Below are positions 36,619-39,162 of a stretch of DNA of 39,162 bases, in pieces (the stretch's first letter is position 1; each line of letters begins with the position of its first letter). The translations under genes and the position numbers were made by a program. The stretch spans positions 1 to 39,162 of the forward strand of contig JBDHHL010000001.1 of NCBI GenBank assembly GCA_039589375.1. The letters run 5' to 3'. Below the pieces are notes generated by a model. It saw only the letters and a program-made list of their open reading frames with translations. It did not search any database and had not been told where the DNA came from. This stretch comes from Gemmatimonadota bacterium. Its GTDB lineage: Bacteria; Gemmatimonadota; Gemmatimonadetes; Palauibacterales; KS3-K002.

Positions 36619-37224
36619 CTATAGTATGGGTGCCGCCCCCTGTATGGGCGGCGGGTCAGAGTGCACGCGGACAAGCTCGGGGGTCGCCCCTGCCAGCAGC
36701 TCCTTCGCTGTCTTCCCTTCCACCGGATGCCGCCACTCCGGCGCGATCTCCGCCAACGGCTCGAGCACGAACGCGCGTTCGGCAAGCCGCGGGTGCGGGA
36801 TCTGCAGGTCAGGCTCATCGATGACCAGATCGTCGTGGGCCAGTATGTCGATGTCCACAGCCCGTGGGCTGTTGCGCTTGCGGCTACGCTCCCGGCCGAG
36901 CGCCTCTTCCACCTTCTGCAGGTAGGCCAGCAGTGCATCCGGTCTCAGCAGCGTGACGCCATAGCACACCATGTTCAGGTACCACGGCTGTTCCCGATCA
37001 CCCACCGGTTCCGTCTCGTAGACCGAGGAGAGCCGCTCCAGCCTGACCGCGTGCTTCAAGTGGTCCAGGGCTCGCTCGAGATTGCGCACTCGATCGCCCA
37101 GATTGGACCCGAGACCGAGGATCGCCGTGAATAGACGCGGTTCTTCCTCGTCCTCCTGACCAGCCGCCAGTTCAGCCAGCGCCTCCTCCATGCTCTGGGA
37201 CTCGAGTTCGTCATGCTCTTCCAT
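36619..37224 (-). CDS. folK: 2-amino-4-hydroxy-6-hydroxymethyldihydropteridine diphosphokinase
   Basis: LGLGSNLGD, SSVYETEP, PRAVDIDIL, PHPR...RAFVL.PL.E; acidic N-terminal extension. Confidence 0.94.
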   Translation of the reverse strand: MEEHDELESQSMEEALAELAAGQEDEEEPRLFTAILGLGSNLGDRVRNLERALDHLKHAVRLERLSSVYETEPVGDREQPWYLNMVCYGVTLLRPDALLAYLQKVEEALGRERSRKRNSPRAVDIDILAHDDLVIDEPDLQIPHPRLAERAFVLEPLAEIAPEWRHPVEGKTAKELLAGATPELVRVHSDPPPIQGAAPIL

Positions 37225-37564
37225 AACGGTCCTCTAGCCGGATCACATCGTCCAGTTCTGGCGTGGAAGCTTCGAGGAGGTCGCAGTCGGTGGCAGCCAC
37301 CATCCGGTGCCGCGTACCGGGAACGATTCGGAAGCTCATGCCTTCGTCCAATCGCTCCTCGCGAAGATCATCCTCGCTGTCACCCACCATGAACACCATC
37401 TGTCCGCGCAGAACGTGAATCGTCTCGTCCTTGCGCTCGTGATACTGAAGCGAAAGGGACTCTCCAGCCTTGATGTGGAGGATCTTGCCCACGTAGCGGT
37501 CCGTGTGGGCCCAGATCAACTCGTGACCCCACGGCTTGTCGACCTTAGTCACCCCGACCCGCAC
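37211..37564 (-). CDS. Cupin-domain protein (mannose-6-phosphate isomerase C-terminal-like)
   Basis: KPWG.E, LSLQYH..K.E, PG..HR, EASTPELDD..RLED.YGR. GTG at 37564 after GAGGAGG. Confidence 0.85.
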   Translation of the reverse strand: MRVGVTKVDKPWGHELIWAHTDRYVGKILHIKAGESLSLQYHERKDETIHVLRGQMVFMVGDSEDDLREERLDEGMSFRIVPGTRHRMVAATDCDLLEASTPELDDVIRLEDRYGRA

Positions 37565-37668
37565 TCTATATCCCTCCTCTTCCCAGCGCCGCGTCGTGCT
37601 CGACCACGCGGCCAACCTAGGAACGCCGCCGCCATCGAGCAACGGGCCGTACCGACCGGTTTCTTCGC

Positions 37669-38883
37669 CTAGCGGAAACGAACGCGGGCAAAGCGGCGCT
37701 TTCCGCGCTGAATCAGGACCGGCCCGCTGGTCTGCACCCGGCAATCCTTGTCCGCCACGGTCTCACCGTCCACGTGCACGGCGCCCTGTTTGATCAAACG
37801 CACGGCCTCGCTGCTCGACGACGACAGGCCCGCCTCGACCATCACCCTCGGAAGCCACATCTCATCGCCGTCGCGCTCGATCTCTACGTCCGGGATCTCT
37901 TCCGGTCGCTCGCGCCGCCGCACGACGCGATCGAAGTGGGCCTCCGCCTCCAGCGCCGCCGCCTCACCGCCGTACTGGCGCGTGATATCGCGCGCCAGAG
38001 CCCGTTTCGCCCCCATTGGGTCCCCTGGGATCACCTTCAGCGCCGTTTCCAGCTCAGACCCGCCAAACGACGACGCCAGCCGGTACCACTCCTCCAGCAG
38101 CTCGTCGGGGATCGACATCGTCTTGCCGTACATGTCCTCGGGCGGCTCGGTGATGCCGACGTAGTTGTCCAGAGACTTCGACATCTTCCGCATCCCGTCG
38201 GTCCCCCGCATCAACGGCAACGTGATGCAGACTTGCGGCTCCTGGCCGTACCGCTCCTGCAGCGTCCTTCCCACAAGTAGGTTGAACTTCTGGTCCGTAC
38301 CGCCAATCTCCACGTCGGCTTCCAGCGCGACGGAGTCGTAACCCTGCATGAGCGGATAGAGGAACTCCACCAGGCTGATGGGCCGGCCGCCCTCGTAGCG
38401 CGCGGCGAAGTCGTCCCGCTCCAATATGCGGGCAACCGTGTACCTGGAGGTGAGGGTCAGCACATCGGCCAGCTTCAGCTTCGCCAGCCAGCCGCTGTTC
38501 CTCGCCACCCTGGTCTTCTCCGGGTCCAGGATGTGGAAGACCTGCTCCTGATAGGTCTTCATGTTGGCGCGGATCTCTTCCTCGGACAATTGCGGCCGTG
38601 TCTGGTCCTGACCGCTTGGATCCCCTACCAGGCCGGTGAAGTCACCCACTACGAAGACGACCTGGTGCCCGAGGTCTTGGAACAGCTTCAACAACTGGAT
38701 GCTCACCGCGTGACCCAGGTGCAGGTCGGGGCGCGTCGGATCGAAGCCCTCCTTCACCACCAGGCCCACGCCGGTCTGCCGCGAGCGCTCCAGCTTGTCC
38801 GCCAGTCCCTCTTCGGGGATGATCTCCACCGCCTTCGCCCGAATCAGGTCGACTTGCTCAGCCACAGGTGGGAATGTCGCCAC
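37669..38883 (-). CDS. tyrS: Tyrosyl-tRNA synthetase
   Basis: [31 protein letters not shown] and a C-terminal S4 domain. Confidence 0.97.
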   Translation of the reverse strand: MATFPPVAEQVDLIRAKAVEIIPEEGLADKLERSRQTGVGLVVKEGFDPTRPDLHLGHAVSIQLLKLFQDLGHQVVFVVGDFTGLVGDPSGQDQTRPQLSEEEIRANMKTYQEQVFHILDPEKTRVARNSGWLAKLKLADVLTLTSRYTVARILERDDFAARYEGGRPISLVEFLYPLMQGYDSVALEADVEIGGTDQKFNLLVGRTLQERYGQEPQVCITLPLMRGTDGMRKMSKSLDNYVGITEPPEDMYGKTMSIPDELLEEWYRLASSFGGSELETALKVIPGDPMGAKRALARDITRQYGGEAAALEAEAHFDRVVRRRERPEEIPDVEIERDGDEMWLPRVMVEAGLSSSSSEAVRLIKQGAVHVDGETVADKDCRVQTSGPVLIQRGKRRFARVRFR

Positions 38884-39162
38884 GCCTCTCTCCGTTCAGA
38901 ACTGTCCCGGCCGTCCGCTCCCGCGTACCGTTCACCAAGCTAGGACTCCGGGCCGGTTCGGCAAGTTTTGGTCGGGCACGACGGGGCCCCTCGCTTCATG
39001 TCGCGCCGGTTGGGCAGTGATCGCGCCCGGGCAGCGGCGCTCCAAATGTCCGCTCGTGGGCCCCGTCGCGACCTCCCTGTGTCCCGCAGAAAGGGTTCGA
39101 TGCTCGACGTTCGGCAACCATCCTCCGATATCGGCCACTTCTGCGTCGAGCCGTAGTACGTC

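Noticed and set aside
38884-39162. T-box leader or partial CDS upstream of tyrS
   Set aside because: No T-box consensus or terminator is visible, and none of the three minus frames gives a recognisable protein.

Overview
High-GC (roughly 65%) bacterial chromosomal segment, densely coding and mostly on the minus strand. Gene content and protein style suggest Gemmatimonadota (inference, not tested). I see about 37 CDSs, no rRNA, tRNA, CRISPR array or mobile element. Housekeeping genes include tyrS, aroB, folK, folE, cutA, mpg, two acyl-CoA ligases and a dicarboxylate/amino acid symporter. A probable 6S RNA (about 19605-19775, minus) has a near-consensus sigma70 promoter and an intrinsic terminator. 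Most interesting: (1) a metal-uptake operon (outer-membrane barrel, ZnuA-like, ZnuB-like, no ATPase, divergent ZIP) led by a 110-aa secreted-type ORF with an HDHxxC motif and a C-terminal RAPP ribosome-arrest motif, a candidate zinc-sensing arrest peptide; (2) an operon of two Ddl-like ATP-grasp ligases, a GNAT and a KamA-type aminomutase, a candidate pathway for an unknown beta-lysine peptide, with a structured leader; (3) a PTPS-II/folE/sepiapterin-reductase-like operon plus an atypical Cys-less PTPS paralog next to folK; (4) a NYN-LOTUS-LOTUS-HhH protein; (5) a heptamer-repeat inverted-repeat element. All calls come from motif reading by eye; no searches were run.
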